This document shows, in pieces, positions 49,278 to 61,802 of a stretch of DNA of 64,000 nucleotides (its first letter is position 1; each line of letters starts with the position of its first letter). The stretch lies in NCBI GenBank assembly GCA_977862235.1, contig OZ374560.1:2418001-2482000 (forward strand). The letters run 5' to 3'. The notes beneath the pieces are model-generated. The model was given only the letters and a program-made list of their open reading frames with translations. It had not been told where the DNA came from and ran no database searches. The position numbers were made by a program, and so were the translations under genes. This DNA comes from Dudresnaya verticillata (lineage: Eukaryota).

Positions 49278-49456
49278 GTTCTGCACAATGCCAGCCTGAC
49301 CCCATTGCATTCTGTTGTCTGCGCCGCGTTTATTGCGCCGCAGCTGAGGACCATGCCATACTTCAATGGGGCACATCCCCGACTGTAGACCGCCAAATGG
49401 AATGAAGCGCATTGCTGTGCTCATGGGAGAAGGCCACCACTTTACTATATCTAAAG

Positions 49457-49987
49457 TTAGCAATCGCTGCTATCATGCTTCCGCATATACAGCCCTTCAC
49501 AACTAGACAGTTCATTGTTCAGGCTCCTCATGATGCACATCCTCACCTCCGGTTTCATTGCGCGGCTGTTGGACATGTAGAATTTGGTGCAAATCAGACG
49601 TGTGTAGCGGTCCAGTTGATACGCGTTCTCTCCGCCCCTGTGCAGCGTTTCGACGATCGCGAAGTCTATAGCATGGGCTGCACCGTGTACGTACTTGCCC
49701 CTTCCCACGAGAAAGATTTTCTTCAGCATCAACCTGTACAACTTTTACAAAGCTTTCTGATGGTGGGAATGCTCCATCATCGTCTTGTCTCCGTAAAATT
49801 GCTGTGATGATTCCCAAGCCATTTGGGCACGATCCAGGTCATTGTGGTTGTCCAGAATGTCGTCGTCACTGCTAGGGCTTTGGTGCGTCCAATTTCGTGC
49901 CTCACGACTAAGATCTTCCCCCATCCGACGTTTAACGGCGTTGTACAGCTTTTCCACATCCAGAATCATGTCATCTATGGTCTCCAT
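49457..49987 (-). pseudogene. Decayed cargo ORF, unknown
   Basis: Two same-frame ORFs (49745-49987 and 49457-49741) separated by one TAA. Confidence 0.35.
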
Positions 49988-50486
49988 ACAGCGTTATTCT
50001 GGTCACAGCAGATTATGGTGGTGAACGAACACTTCGTTTCATCTCAGCTCTCTTTCCGAAATGGCCGAGGCCTTTAACTGCGACAGGATCACTGCGTTCC
50101 TGAACAATACATAGTCCATCTTTCCACGATCTCACGGGTGTCCATTTCATATGCGTTGGAGACAGCCCTGGGCGCACTCCGGTACGTAGTCGATCAATCA
50201 CTTACTGCCAATATGCCGCAACGTTGCCAACAGCTGCAGCAGTACGGTACATGTGCCACACTCGCGACAGCCTTCCGTGACAGATTCTGTTTGGTGGACC
50301 AAATATAACCCCCGCGTTCATAGTACGGCACGTGGAAGCACTGGCGTTATTCGAGTAAATGGTGCCTGAACGACGTCGAATTCATGGATCATGGCGGAAG
50401 CAAGACGCAAAGACATGTTCAGAATACGGATGCTCGATAAATGTTCAATTCGGCCTATGACAATAGTACTGTACTGACTATAATTC

Positions 50487-53400
50487 CTACCCAATCTTTT
50501 TCATGTTGTGCAAGTCCCACGAGAACAACAAGCCGTTTAGGCCCTTGAGATTGGCAGGAGGGTCCTCTAGTCCCTTCAATATATACGGATACGAACTTAG
50601 CTCATACTCCGCCATGACCTTCAAACTGTACAGGACCACAAGATGCTCCCCTGGTTTGGCAGATTCTGACAGATCGTGGTCGTGCAAGCGTTCATTACAG
50701 TTCCCTCCTGGAGTCTTTTCAGGATGCAACACGGCCTCCCCCACTTCCTTATCATCTGCAAGAAGCGTGACTCTGTCTCCGGTCTTGGGCATTGCACAAG
50801 GTTCAGGTGTTTTCCTTCTCCTGCACCTTTCATTCAGCTCCACACTTCCTACAACTATGTCTTCACTCCTGCCGTGCTTCTCGATACTCTCTTCGCGGTC
50901 ATCCAATACGTGCTCGGACGGTGTCTTCAGATGGGACATTTCAGGTCCCTTCCTCGTTACGGAATGGTTTGTTGGTTGAGCAGAATCTGTTTTGACAACA
51001 CTACCTCTTGCTGCCTCACCGATACCATTCAGTTCGTCATGAGCACTTGATTCCAAACGTTTACGACCTGTCTTCATTTCATATGCTTCCGTGGCAAGCC
51101 TACGCAAACGTTCAGCCCCCAGCTTGAATTTTCGACCTGTGATTCGATTAGTGTACACCGACGATCTGTTCTGAGAGCTGCAATCCCAGTCGTCATGGTT
51201 CCGCTGTGCATATCCAGAACTGACCCGCCCTCCGGACAGAATGTTGTCATTATCTCCACAAGTACTTCGGGAGACTTCTCTTCGACCAGAACTGGGGACT
51301 TGGTGCCTGGGCGTAGCAACTTGTGTTTCGGTGTTGGTAGAGAGGACATGCACGCGAATTTCCGCTTTTCTGGGGAGGGGATGCAGTGATACTCGCTCCT
51401 AAGGTCGAACGAGAACCCTCCGCCATGCTGACCTGGGGCACGCGCCATGACGGCTATTTCCACACAGTTCTGGGGCATATCGCTCCCCCGATGTTCCTGC
51501 ATGGTCTTGGGGTCTTTGGAGAATACGAATGGGTATGCTGGGCACACGAATTGTGCCTTCTTCAGAGCATCGTGGAATATACTGAAGTTCAGGAATGACG
51601 TGAAAACAAACGACCACCCCCCTGCTACAAGTACGCGCCTCGAGAACTCAACTATCTTCTTAATGTCTTCCTCGCTGAGGTAATTATCGAATGACCTCCC
51701 CGACTTAGACTGCGATTTCGGTGTACCGTATGGTGGATCAGTGAGGATTAAATCGAATCGTTTGTCACCTTCCTTCCTTACGGTACTGTCGTAGCTCTGC
51801 CATGTCATGTGAAAGCATGTCAGTTTCATTTCCGCAAGATAATCTATTGGAACAGAAAGCGATCCGTCCTCCACCGGCACAGGCTTAGTACCCATGTTGA
51901 GGCGAACAGACTGCTTTGATGACACAGTTGATGCAGTGGGGTCTGTGGGACTCTTTTCCGGTACAGAAAGGTCTTTGGCTGCACATGCAGCTTTAGGGTC
52001 TGCGTTCTGGACGGGTGTCTGTCCAGATTCTGCTGGTTCGCGACCTTCTTCCCTTTTCGAATTGGTTGATGTTGCTAAGTCTAAAACCTCGTTGTCATTA
52101 GAGATTCCGGTAGCGTCCACCCGCGGTGACAATGTGCAGTCCAAATTCTGTTGACCGTCAGAATCTTTTGTTCCACATTCTTTGGAACCCGGGCGGGTCA
52201 TGACAGCATCATCACGTCTGCCTTCTGTCGAATCCATCACAGTTTGCAGATCTTTGTACTTCTGCAACTTCACTGGGGCCTCTTCCGTACAACACTCTCT
52301 GTACATCTCAACTATTGTTTTCAACAGTGTACGGTCATTACCTCGATTCCTGATGACCTCAACGTCCAGCTTCGTAGTGTGTAACAGGTTTTCTCTTAAT
52401 TTACTCATGCCTGACGGCCATTCTGTCCTCTCCCTCATCGCTTCAAACTTCCGAGTCTCGGAAAGGGCGGCTGAAGCTTTCAAGAATTGCTGTTGCGTGT
52501 GTTTGGCCGAAGCAGGTTTGAAATTGTGTGTCCTTGACACCTCTCGAAGCCTGTACAGAGTAGCTATTTGAACAGTAATGCCGTTGTCAGAGCTGCCTGC
52601 ATTCATAAAGGCCTTGGAAGACTTGATGGAACTGACGTGAATGAAGCGTCTGTATACTCTACAATCCAGATTCTGCATCGCGACATTTGAGTCTATGGCC
52701 TTTCCGGAAGCAGTCAACAGTTGCATAGTTGCTAGTTCAGGGACCTCCTCCTTCATTATCTTCTTAATTACATCGATAACGCGACGGTCAAGACGAAGAA
52801 CGGTTGCCGCTGTCTGTTTGATAGTGTTTTCCGATAGGTGACTGCATCAATCATATGCTTCGGCAACTGCCGTCGCAGTCGGAGTCTTCCCATTACTGGC
52901 TTCGAGACGGTCTGCCTCTTTCCTAAGACCGCATATCTGATCGTAAAACGTGGTCTCTACAAAAAAGCTGGAGTCGTGCTTTCTGTTCTGATGACGAGCC
53001 AGTTGCTTCAGAATCTGGATGTTGTGCCCCCCTTTAAGCACAGTGGCAGTCAAAGCAAACTCCTTCCATGTCTCCCGGTCTTCATCGATTAGCTCCATAA
53101 TGGCGATAAGTCGATGCATGCCATCAACAACTCCGAACCACTCCGACCGACTGAAGGCCTCTTCTTTCACCTGTTTCTCTGTGTACTCTGTCCCATCCGC
53201 ATTCCGTTTAGCTCGGAGAAACTCAAAAATGAAACTCCTGAAGGGACCTGTTAGGCGAGCCAGTATGGACGCATCAGAACCGGCAATGTACCCGTTGTTG
53301 CAGTTAGCGCTCCTCGTCCCACCACCCCTAAAAATCTTCTTGAGCCTCTCAACACCGGATCTCGAGATGTCCCTTATATCAGTCATCGGAACACAGGACC

Positions 53401-53518
53401 TGGGGTCTATTCGAATGTTGGTAGACCCCTCCATGACATCTCCAAACAGTGCCTGTGCCATATCCTCCTTCCTCAAGGGCTCACTTGACCCCCTGCTCCG
53501 CTTCTTGCGCTTCGACAT
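50487..53518 (-). pseudogene. NLS-ParB/Srx-HTH-beta-class N6A/N4C DNA methyltransferase-C-terminal domain fusion (~1010 aa; one TGA, one frameshift)
   Basis: MSKRKKRSR NLS and VVDGMHRLIA ParB motif. FDLILTDPPY (51728-51739) precedes EKSPE and VLDMHSGTMTTGIAA, the beta-class order. The TGA at 52847 is in frame with ORF 51074-52756. A 1-bp loss near 51130 links to FKLGAERL in ORF 50487-51353. Confidence 0.88.
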
Positions 53519-54409
53519 GGTGCGCGAGAGAAAGACTCGCTGTGCACGTGAAAACCGCTCTCCTTGAAAGAGTACGGAAAGGGTTACTGCATGTCTGATG
53601 AGTTGTCCAGATTCTGTTCAGAAAACCTTTCGCAAGAAGTTCTTTACGTCCCTGGCTCATGTTTGCAGGGTGCCGTTTTCGACTGACACCATACGGGTTT
53701 TCGACACACCGGACGGCGGGAGTACGACATGGATGTGCCGCAAATTCCGACATGGCACGGGAGGTCACGTGGATTGTTCACCGGGTGTGGGCAGTCTCCG
53801 TCAGAACTTATTCTTAGCACAGGCCGTACAGTTGGAATTGGTAGAATGCAGGTTTCACAAGACCTGCAGGGCGAGATGTAACAAAGTCAATTAGGGTATG
53901 CTGCTCGCTGTCCCAGCCGACTTGGCCGGGCTTTGAAGTTGAGGCCAGCCTGGCCAGGTGCTGATACTGCGAGTAAAATAGCATGCCACACACGGTGTCG
54001 GTGAGTACTGGCACACCGTTGCCAGCGGCGTGCCAGCGGGGGGGCGCGGCGGTCAATTTACGAGGAACAGGTTCTCGGGGGTGGGAGGTGTCAACACCTG
54101 TGGGTGCAATATCAGTATCAGGGAACAGGTGGGGCGAGAGCGCCGGGCCAAATAGCTGTTCTTTTGATGTGGCAAATTGCGCGCTGAAAAACCTGTATAG
54201 ATTTTCTGTCCAATGATATTGAATAAGCTTGTAAAAGGGTCTTTCCATTGGGCCGCCTTCAACACCTTTACAGCTTCTGAATGCGGCCAAGTCACATTGC
54301 TATGAGAACAGATATTGCGCTTCACGGCAACGCAGGAGCCCAAAGTGCAATATCAGTATTGGGGAACAGGTCCTGAGAGCCAGCAAACTCCACAATCTAT
54401 CTGGCCTCG

Positions 54410-55360
54410 GCGCTGCTCCCGCTCCTGCTGCTGCTCATCTTCCCGTTCCACGCACAACAACCTGCACCCGTCGCACCTGTACCTCGTTCATCCGCAGTCC
54501 GTGCTGCGCCTCGTCCGCCGCGCCGCCGACACCCCCACGTACCTCGCCGTGGCATCCGCCCGCCTGCAAGTCCTGCTCGACCACTTGCGTCGCTTCGCCG
54601 CCGAAACAATCCCCGCCAACGTCCGCGTCGACACGCAGCTCCACCCTCGCTTCGCCGTCGGGGTCGTCGCGCTGCACAACCTGCGGCACTTCGCCTCCCT
54701 CGCGCGCGTGGACCACTGCCAAGCCGCCGTGCAAGCGCTCAACGCCTTCCTGCACGAGTCCCGCGCAGACTCGCGCAACCCACTCCCGCACCCGCCCGCC
54801 TCGCTCTTCGACCACGCCCCGGTCGACGCGCGCCAGCCTGACCATGCGCCCGTGCCGACCACCGCCGCCGCAGACCTGGCCGCGCAGGTGACCATGGTGA
54901 TCCGCATCCGCGATGTGCTCCACAACACCCCACCCCACCGCCCGCCCCTTCACTATGTCCCACTCCGCGGAGCCACACTTTCGCCTGTCCGTCGTCCGCC
55001 GCAACCGCTTCCCGGCCACCTGGGTGCTCATCGTCATCGCAGACTTTTCCTGGTGGGTCGCGTTGTAATAGCGTACACGCTATCACCAAGGACGTCGCGC
55101 CAGGCCGATATGGCCTACCTCAAAAACTTGCCGCATGTGTTTGGGTGCTCGCTGGACGCGAACGGCGGCTGACGCTTCACGCTTGGCCTTGAAACAGGAG
55201 GCGAGCAATTTACTCTCATTGATGGCATGAACGAGGGCGAGGCGCTGTATGTCGCCTGTGGTGAAGCGGTCGTTTCGGAGTGCGGACGACGGTTGAGCCG
55301 ACCCGCGCCCGGCGCAGTGGTGAGCTGGCGCCAAAAGCCGAAACGGAGTGCAGCGACACA
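54410..55360 (+). pseudogene. GC-rich captured gene fragment, unknown
   Basis: Abrupt GC3-rich codon usage within ORF 54315-55172; the reading continues past the TGA at 55170. Confidence 0.35.
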
Positions 55361-57921
55361 GTAGCACTGTATACCTTTCTGGAGTCTGCGCGCACCACGA
55401 ATAGGAGTCAAGTAGTTGATTTATTTGTAATTAGGTAATTATAATCATGCTGTACAGTACGTAGTGTCAGCCGGCCAATAAGAATGCCGAGCATGTCCGC
55501 AACGGTGACCGGGACCAGTAGGGCCGGACCCACCTGGTGGACCAGACCCATTGGGGTCTGGCCCACACGGACCGGACCGCGGGGCGTATCTCCCAGTATA
55601 TTAATGGGTGGCCACCGCGAGTCCTACAGTAAACGGGTACGCAACCCTGGGCAAAGGGACTTACCCTAAGCCTTACCCTCATACTCCTTTACGGTTTCCC
55701 CTCGCCAGCCCCGTGCACTGATTCCTCTTACCTCCGTCCCGGTGTAGCTTTCCTGGCACTGTACCGTCCCCCTTGTCTGTTGGGTCCCTTTACTCCTTAC
55801 AGGTGTTGCCGCTCGAGGTACTCCCTTCGGTCTACGAACTAAGCTCTACCACCCCGGTGCCGTGTGAGATCACTCCTTATTGGTATTTCCTGATCAGCTC
55901 TCCTTACATCCTTACAGGTGTGTCACCACATCGCCCATGTCCTGCGCGAACAGTTTCCGTAATGCTGTGGCATAGTATAGAAAGTGCCGCAAATGATGGT
56001 GCAGGCAGCCTGCTAGGAACGCAAGGTCAATTACAAAAAGGAGAGCGTGTATTGTCTTGCAGAGGGAGTCAAGGCCGTTCTGATTTCCGTGGTTCGGCTT
56101 GTAAGGATCGAATTGTGGTTGTTGTCGGAACCACGTTCCCTTACCTTTCTTTGAACAGTTTTACCCAACGCACCAGCTTCGTCCAGTGTCACGTTCCCTC
56201 CTCTTCGCAGGATGCGGTAGTGCTGTTGACTCTTTTTATTGTTTGGTAGGCTTATAATTGGACTTTGACTTCGCTTGGTCAGAGTGTAGGAAGCACAGAA
56301 TCTGTTACATTCGCCATCCATTCCACACCAACACAACAAACCATCAGCTGTAGCAGGCGGTGGGTTAGTCTCACGTGTTCACCTGTTGTGCCATCCTTCA
56401 CCTGCAATTAATTTTCGCTGTCCAGCCCTCTTTCTTCTGCCTGTTGTCTCTAGAGGTGAAGATAACTCTTTGACAGAGCAACAAATTCACGAATCTATAG
56501 ATAAATATGGTAACCACGTTTGTGAAATGGTGCGCTGCTTCATTGAGATTGTGGTATTGCCTACTTTTGTTCAAACGTGATGCTACTCAGGCAACGACTG
56601 AATAAAAACAAACAACACTGCGCGCGAGTTCAGTTTCTTCGCCTTATGACAGCGCAGCGCTTCGAGCTGGTTAAAAGCTGGACGTGATGCTTTGCCGTTA
56701 ATAGTTTGAATACAGTCTGTAGAAAACGATAAAAGCTGCATCACTGCCGTGAGCGGATATCCACATTCAGATTCCCCATCAGAAATGCCGTATTGTCGAA
56801 TCTGATTCAAAGTCTCAACTCATCTGTTCCTACTCTGGCGTTCAAATATATTCTTCACGAGAGGTGAGGTCACTTGTTTGTTAAAGTCTGACCACATCTG
56901 TACGACTTTCTGCCTTGTGCTGTTGCGACTATTGTCACCACTTAAGCCTCGCTGAGCGCCCCCAAACATATCCATTATCGTGATCGTACCGACAGTCAAG
57001 GGATGCCACTTGCTTCGCTATCAATATTTAGCAAGTAATCGCTGTCGACTTGCCCTGTCTTCACACTCTTGATCCTTGTTACGCCTAGCGCTCTCGCCCC
57101 GTTCGGGAGTATTCCCTACAATGGCAGCCTGTCGGAGAGCCGCTTGCCAACAGCGGCAAAGTCCCAGACGCGATCACAGCTAGCGTGCATCGACTTGGTC
57201 AAGCTGTACCGAGGCACAACTGCCGGTCTGAAAATGAATGCGCACTTCAAATGTGTCCGTTGCAACAAAACACTTCGTGTTCGGGGGTTCCTTGATGATC
57301 AGGTTCATTTGTTTGCTGAAGTTTCCGACGCCACTCTACTAGCGCCACATGTCCATCGTCTTTGTCCTGAGCCCTGTCGTCTGCTTCGCCGATCCTGAAA
57401 CCCTCATGCTACTGCAGTACCTTAAGGCATTGAGACAACTGTAGCAGCAGCATTTCCATTCGTGCTGTGCCGCGACTTCCTTGGAAGCGTCTGCAGACGA
57501 TATCAACTCGTGATGTAGGCGCACTGCAACTGCCAGTTCACCCCAGAGTGACCGTCAGCTGTATGTGTCCGCCTCTCACAAGCTGCAGCTTTTGTGGCTC
57601 CGCATGCATGCGGAAAGTTGTACCTGAAATGTAATTGGCCAAGTGCAGAACCAGAATATGATCACAAACAGAATCTGGGTTGCAGAATAACCCAGATGCA
57701 CCTCGTGCAGCCACTCGTGCCGCTCCACGGGTGTGAAGCCTCAAGAGCAGGCAACAGGCGGCGCGCCGCGGTATCACAGAGGTTATTTAATGCGCAAGCG
57801 TTTCGCTGCGAAGGGCTGCGCCTCCCCGCCAGGTTGGCCAGGTGCCTTAACAGACTGCAAAGTGGGCGCTCTGCTGAGAGCGTGAAGGGAAGACAGAACG
57901 AGTTGCACTCTCACAAGCTGT

Positions 57922-60900
57922 GTGCAGATACCGTCGCAGGACATTTTGAACGACATGGAAATGAGCCCGGCAACTACGGATTGCGCTGAGCGAGAAAATG
58001 AAGCAAAGAAAGGAGGAGGCAAAGCACGCGACGAAGGGCGTGTTGCTCTTCTGTATGACAGGGAAATGGTCGGCACTGCTATTGTCAAGAGACCGGGGAC
58101 AAAAGAGGACACAGACCAGTCTGGCAGGTATTGTGTCACCCTGCATGGCCACAAATTGTCTCCCAGTCAGAAAAAAGGGGAGAAGCTGGTTGTGGTTTAC
58201 CGAGCACAAATCATGCAACCGTATGAGAAACTTCAGTACAAATACAAGTACAAGACAACGGACTCCGTTCCGCACACACTTGCGGAGATGGGTGGGGGTT
58301 TTCATGCATGGGATGTGAACTACATTCAGGAGCTCGGCAATCGAGAAATCGCGCCGTTGTGCCAGAGACGGTTGTACTCTCCACGAAAGGGCATACTTCG
58401 TCGCAGAATTTACCCAATACTGAGCAGTTGCCCCCCGACGTCAACTGCAGAAAACACTGCCGCAGCGGTGGCCCCTACCGCATCGCCCCAGCAGATGACA
58501 CCAGTTGACACGACCAGGCCAACATCACCCCTCCAACAAAGTGCGGGGCCGCAAGCGGATGCCGCAGCGCGGTCAATTCGAACAACACCCCCGCCTTGCA
58601 ATGCTCCGAGCAGTGAGGAAATGAGTGAACCGCGAGAGCATTTGAGGGAGGCCAGCCAGGATGATGCGGACGCCGTACGACACGTGTCGGAAAGTGATGA
58701 CGATGCGTATGACCCTTTTCAGAAGTTGCAGGTCAGGACGAAGCGAAAGTATACTTACAGGAAGAGAAAGCAGCGGACATTCAGTGGGAGAGGAAGTCTT
58801 CAGAAGAGACGTAGGCACCTGTTCAAAGACCTGGAACGCGCAAACACGCAGTCAATGAGATGCTGCATCGGGAACAAGTGCTTCCAAAGTGTGTAGCAAG
58901 TGTACGTAAAGGCGGAGGCGCGCAGAATTGCCGGAATGAACGTAGAAGCAAGGCGAACGTATCTATGCAATCTGGTGGACACGAGCAAGATGAAATACTT
59001 TTCAACCGCCAGCCTGTCTGTTACAACTTTTTGGAGCAGGCCTTTGGATTCTCCCGCGACTTACAGACGTCTGTAAAAGGCACGAGGCAGTCCCGGAAGC
59101 TGCAACTTCCAAACAATGCGAGGCGTGATACCTCATCTCATCAGCAGGATACTATCATTTGCTTCCTTGAACGTCTTGCAGACAGCACTGCTGAACCAAT
59201 GCCCGATAATGGGGAGTCACACCTCCCCTACTTTCAGAAATCAGTTGTGTACGACATCTTCAAATTGGACCACACCAGGCTGTACAGAAACAGGGATATT
59301 CCGTGTCAGAGTTACTTTTACTTTGTATGGAAACACAGTTGCTCCCGCATTGAGGTGCGAAAGACACACCGATTTGCAAAGTGCAGCGAATGCGAACTCA
59401 TTCGCGAGCGACTTGCTCAGGCAGGGACCTCTGGAGCAGGCACTGAACACCTGCATGAGCGGCGCAACATTCACTTGAAATTCATACAGGCAGAGAGACG
59501 TGAATATCAGAAAAATGTGAGAAGGCGATACTATTGCCGCAAGAGTATTGCTCCCTCATAGTGGATGGTGCTGATCAGTCCGCATTTGGACTTCCCCATT
59601 TTGTGGTGTCGTCCAAAGCCAGCATTGGGCATGCCATGAAAGCGAAACTTATTGGGGTGCTTGAACACAGGGCTGAGAAGCGTCTGCACTTGTACAGAAT
59701 GACCGGTGAGTTCGAGACCGGCGCGAACCACATTATCGAGGCGTTGCACAGAACTCTTTCGGACAAACAGTCCAGAGGAGAGCTACAAGGGACTTTATTT
59801 CTACAAGTAGACAACTGTTCGAGAGAGAACAAAAATACCTTTTTGTTCTGATACCTGGAGAGTCTCGTTGCATGGGGTGTGTTCCAAGAGGTCTTCGTGT
59901 CTTTCCTGCCCGTCGGGCACACTCACACAGATATAGATCAGGCCTTTTCGTGCACGGCACGCCGGCTTAAAGTTCGGGACGCAGTCACAATGACTGAATT
60001 GATGGAAGAGCTTCGGCAGTCGTACAGTCCAGAACCAGTTGTCAGTCGCATGCTTCAAATTGCGAATTTCTCAGGCCTCTGTCGGCAGGAAGGATGCATT
60101 GGTAATGTTGAGGCATTCACGACCTATCGCTATTTCAGATTCCACCGTGTGGGTCCAGCTGCGACGGAAGAGGCAGAATCTGTTGCAGCTTTCGTGACAG
60201 GCTGTCAATTGAGAATGACATGCGCGGATGACTGGGTTCCGTTGCAGACAGGAGGAGAGCATAAGGGGTTTATACTATCCCCTCCTGACCTTGGCAAGTG
60301 TGGCGCACGGGGGACCGGCTTTTATTTCCTCGCCATGGGCGCCGATAACCTCGTCGACCGACGGACGGTCGCCTGAAACGGCTCATTCGCCGTTGGCGCG
60401 AACACGTCATCGACGATGGGCCTACGGACGCGCGGGCGCCGCCACCCAGCGCAGCGCACGCCCGACGCACTGTACGGCGCAACGCTGCAGAGCGGATCCG
60501 GATGATGCATCGAGATCAACGAGGTGTAAGGGAGTCGACTGTCGGATTGGCCCGGATCCCGATCGAATCCGGATCCGACATCCGGATCGGACATCGGGAT
60601 CCACTGCAAGGGAAACGCGCCTGTAATACGTGTCAATCGCGATCCGAATCCGGATCGCTTACAGCACCGTGCGAGCACGCCTCTGTGAGACGCACGCGCC
60701 AGCGCACAGCGGCTGCATTGTCCCGGGACGTGTCAGACACACCTCCACGCGACACGCGTCCCGGGATCCCGCGCAATACGTCATGCAGCCGCTGCACCGC
60801 GGCGCTATAGTACTACTTAGGCACCTCGTCCAGGACGTAACAGTAAAGCCCCGTCAAGCCGGTTTGAGTCTAGACTTCCCCTCCGCGTCAGCGCGCACCC

Positions 60901-61742
60901 TACCGCTGCTCGGAAGCAAAAGCGTCTACCCATCCGTGTTTCCACGTTTCAACTCGTTGCTAACGTGTTTCCTTTTGGGTTTCCTTGCCCCCTCGTCCGC
61001 TCGCCCTGGGTGTTTACAGTCCGCCCTAGGCGTGTTCTACCCGCTCGACCCAGTTCGCTACTAGCGGCTACCCACTGGGCTCCCGATCGGCCCGGAGGCG
61101 TTCTCCGTCTTCGATACGACGTTTGCACGACAGCAAGACGCCAGCAACAGTGGTCAAATCGCCACCAGATTTGAAGGAAGTCAACGACAGGTTTCGTTCT
61201 GAAGAGACACGTGTGAATGACACGGGAAAGATGAGGGAGCTGCAGGAATTGCGGGACCACGTGTACAGAGATAGGCTGGAAACGTTTCATTGGGATATGG
61301 GACACATATTTGAGACAAGGGGAAAGTACAGCGGAAGAGCGGCGCTGGAGTACGTACCGGAAGGGGATGACGGTCAGGAGGAGACTGTGACCCCCCTTCA
61401 GACCTGCAGTACACGAAGAACTACTTCGGTGCCGTTGTGAGGGAGAACGCCACCGCGCGATGCCCATTTTGGGTTGGACAGATTCTAGATTTTGTGCAGG
61501 ACGCTACGGGAAAGGCTACTGAGCTGTATATAAGATGGTACGAGGCGTATGACGGTAAGGGTGCTTGGGACGGAAAGTACAAGGCATCCATATACTCAGC
61601 GACTAAGCAGCCATGGACTGGTACTGTCGGCGTCGCGACCATAATGGTCGAATTCGAAGCTCTTACGAAGAGACGTCTACCGCAGCTCGTCCAGAAGAGA
61701 ATCAGAGAATCGACATTGTTAGTTAGGTATGCCGGCTCTTGA
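57922..61742 (+). pseudogene. Sola1/DUF7869-like DDE/D transposase, frameshifted and interrupted by solo LTR
   Basis: RFAKCSEC, LIVDGADQS, LQVDNCSRENKN and FLPVGHTHTDIDQAFS across ORFs 57922-60298. It resumes at 61138 and ends with an FWVGQI..IRWYE module. Confidence 0.8.
60299..61132 (+). mobile_element. Solo LTR of the Gypsy-1 family (834 bp)
   Basis: Reverse complement of 16306-17140 with many substitutions. TSD GCAAG (60294-60298, 61133-61137). Confidence 0.96.
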
Positions 61743-61802
61743 TACGAGAAACAGCTACAACCAGTAAATTCTACTCTCAGGTTGATGCAGCACACGAGAA
61801 AT

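Noticed and set aside
48081..49388. ORFs within the TIRs (also 61845-62837)
   Set aside because: Low-complexity translations of repeats, mirrored at both ends.
50487..53518. ParB-MTase as bacterial or phage contamination, or a restriction-modification system
   Set aside because: It lies inside TIRs and a TSD within a eukaryotic TE nest, has an NLS-like N-terminus and shares a domain with the transposase. No nuclease or phage genes are nearby.
55465..55930. Possible LTR remnant (TG...CA, several GGCC, CCTTACAGGTGT twice)
   Set aside because: No TSD or convincing inverted termini.
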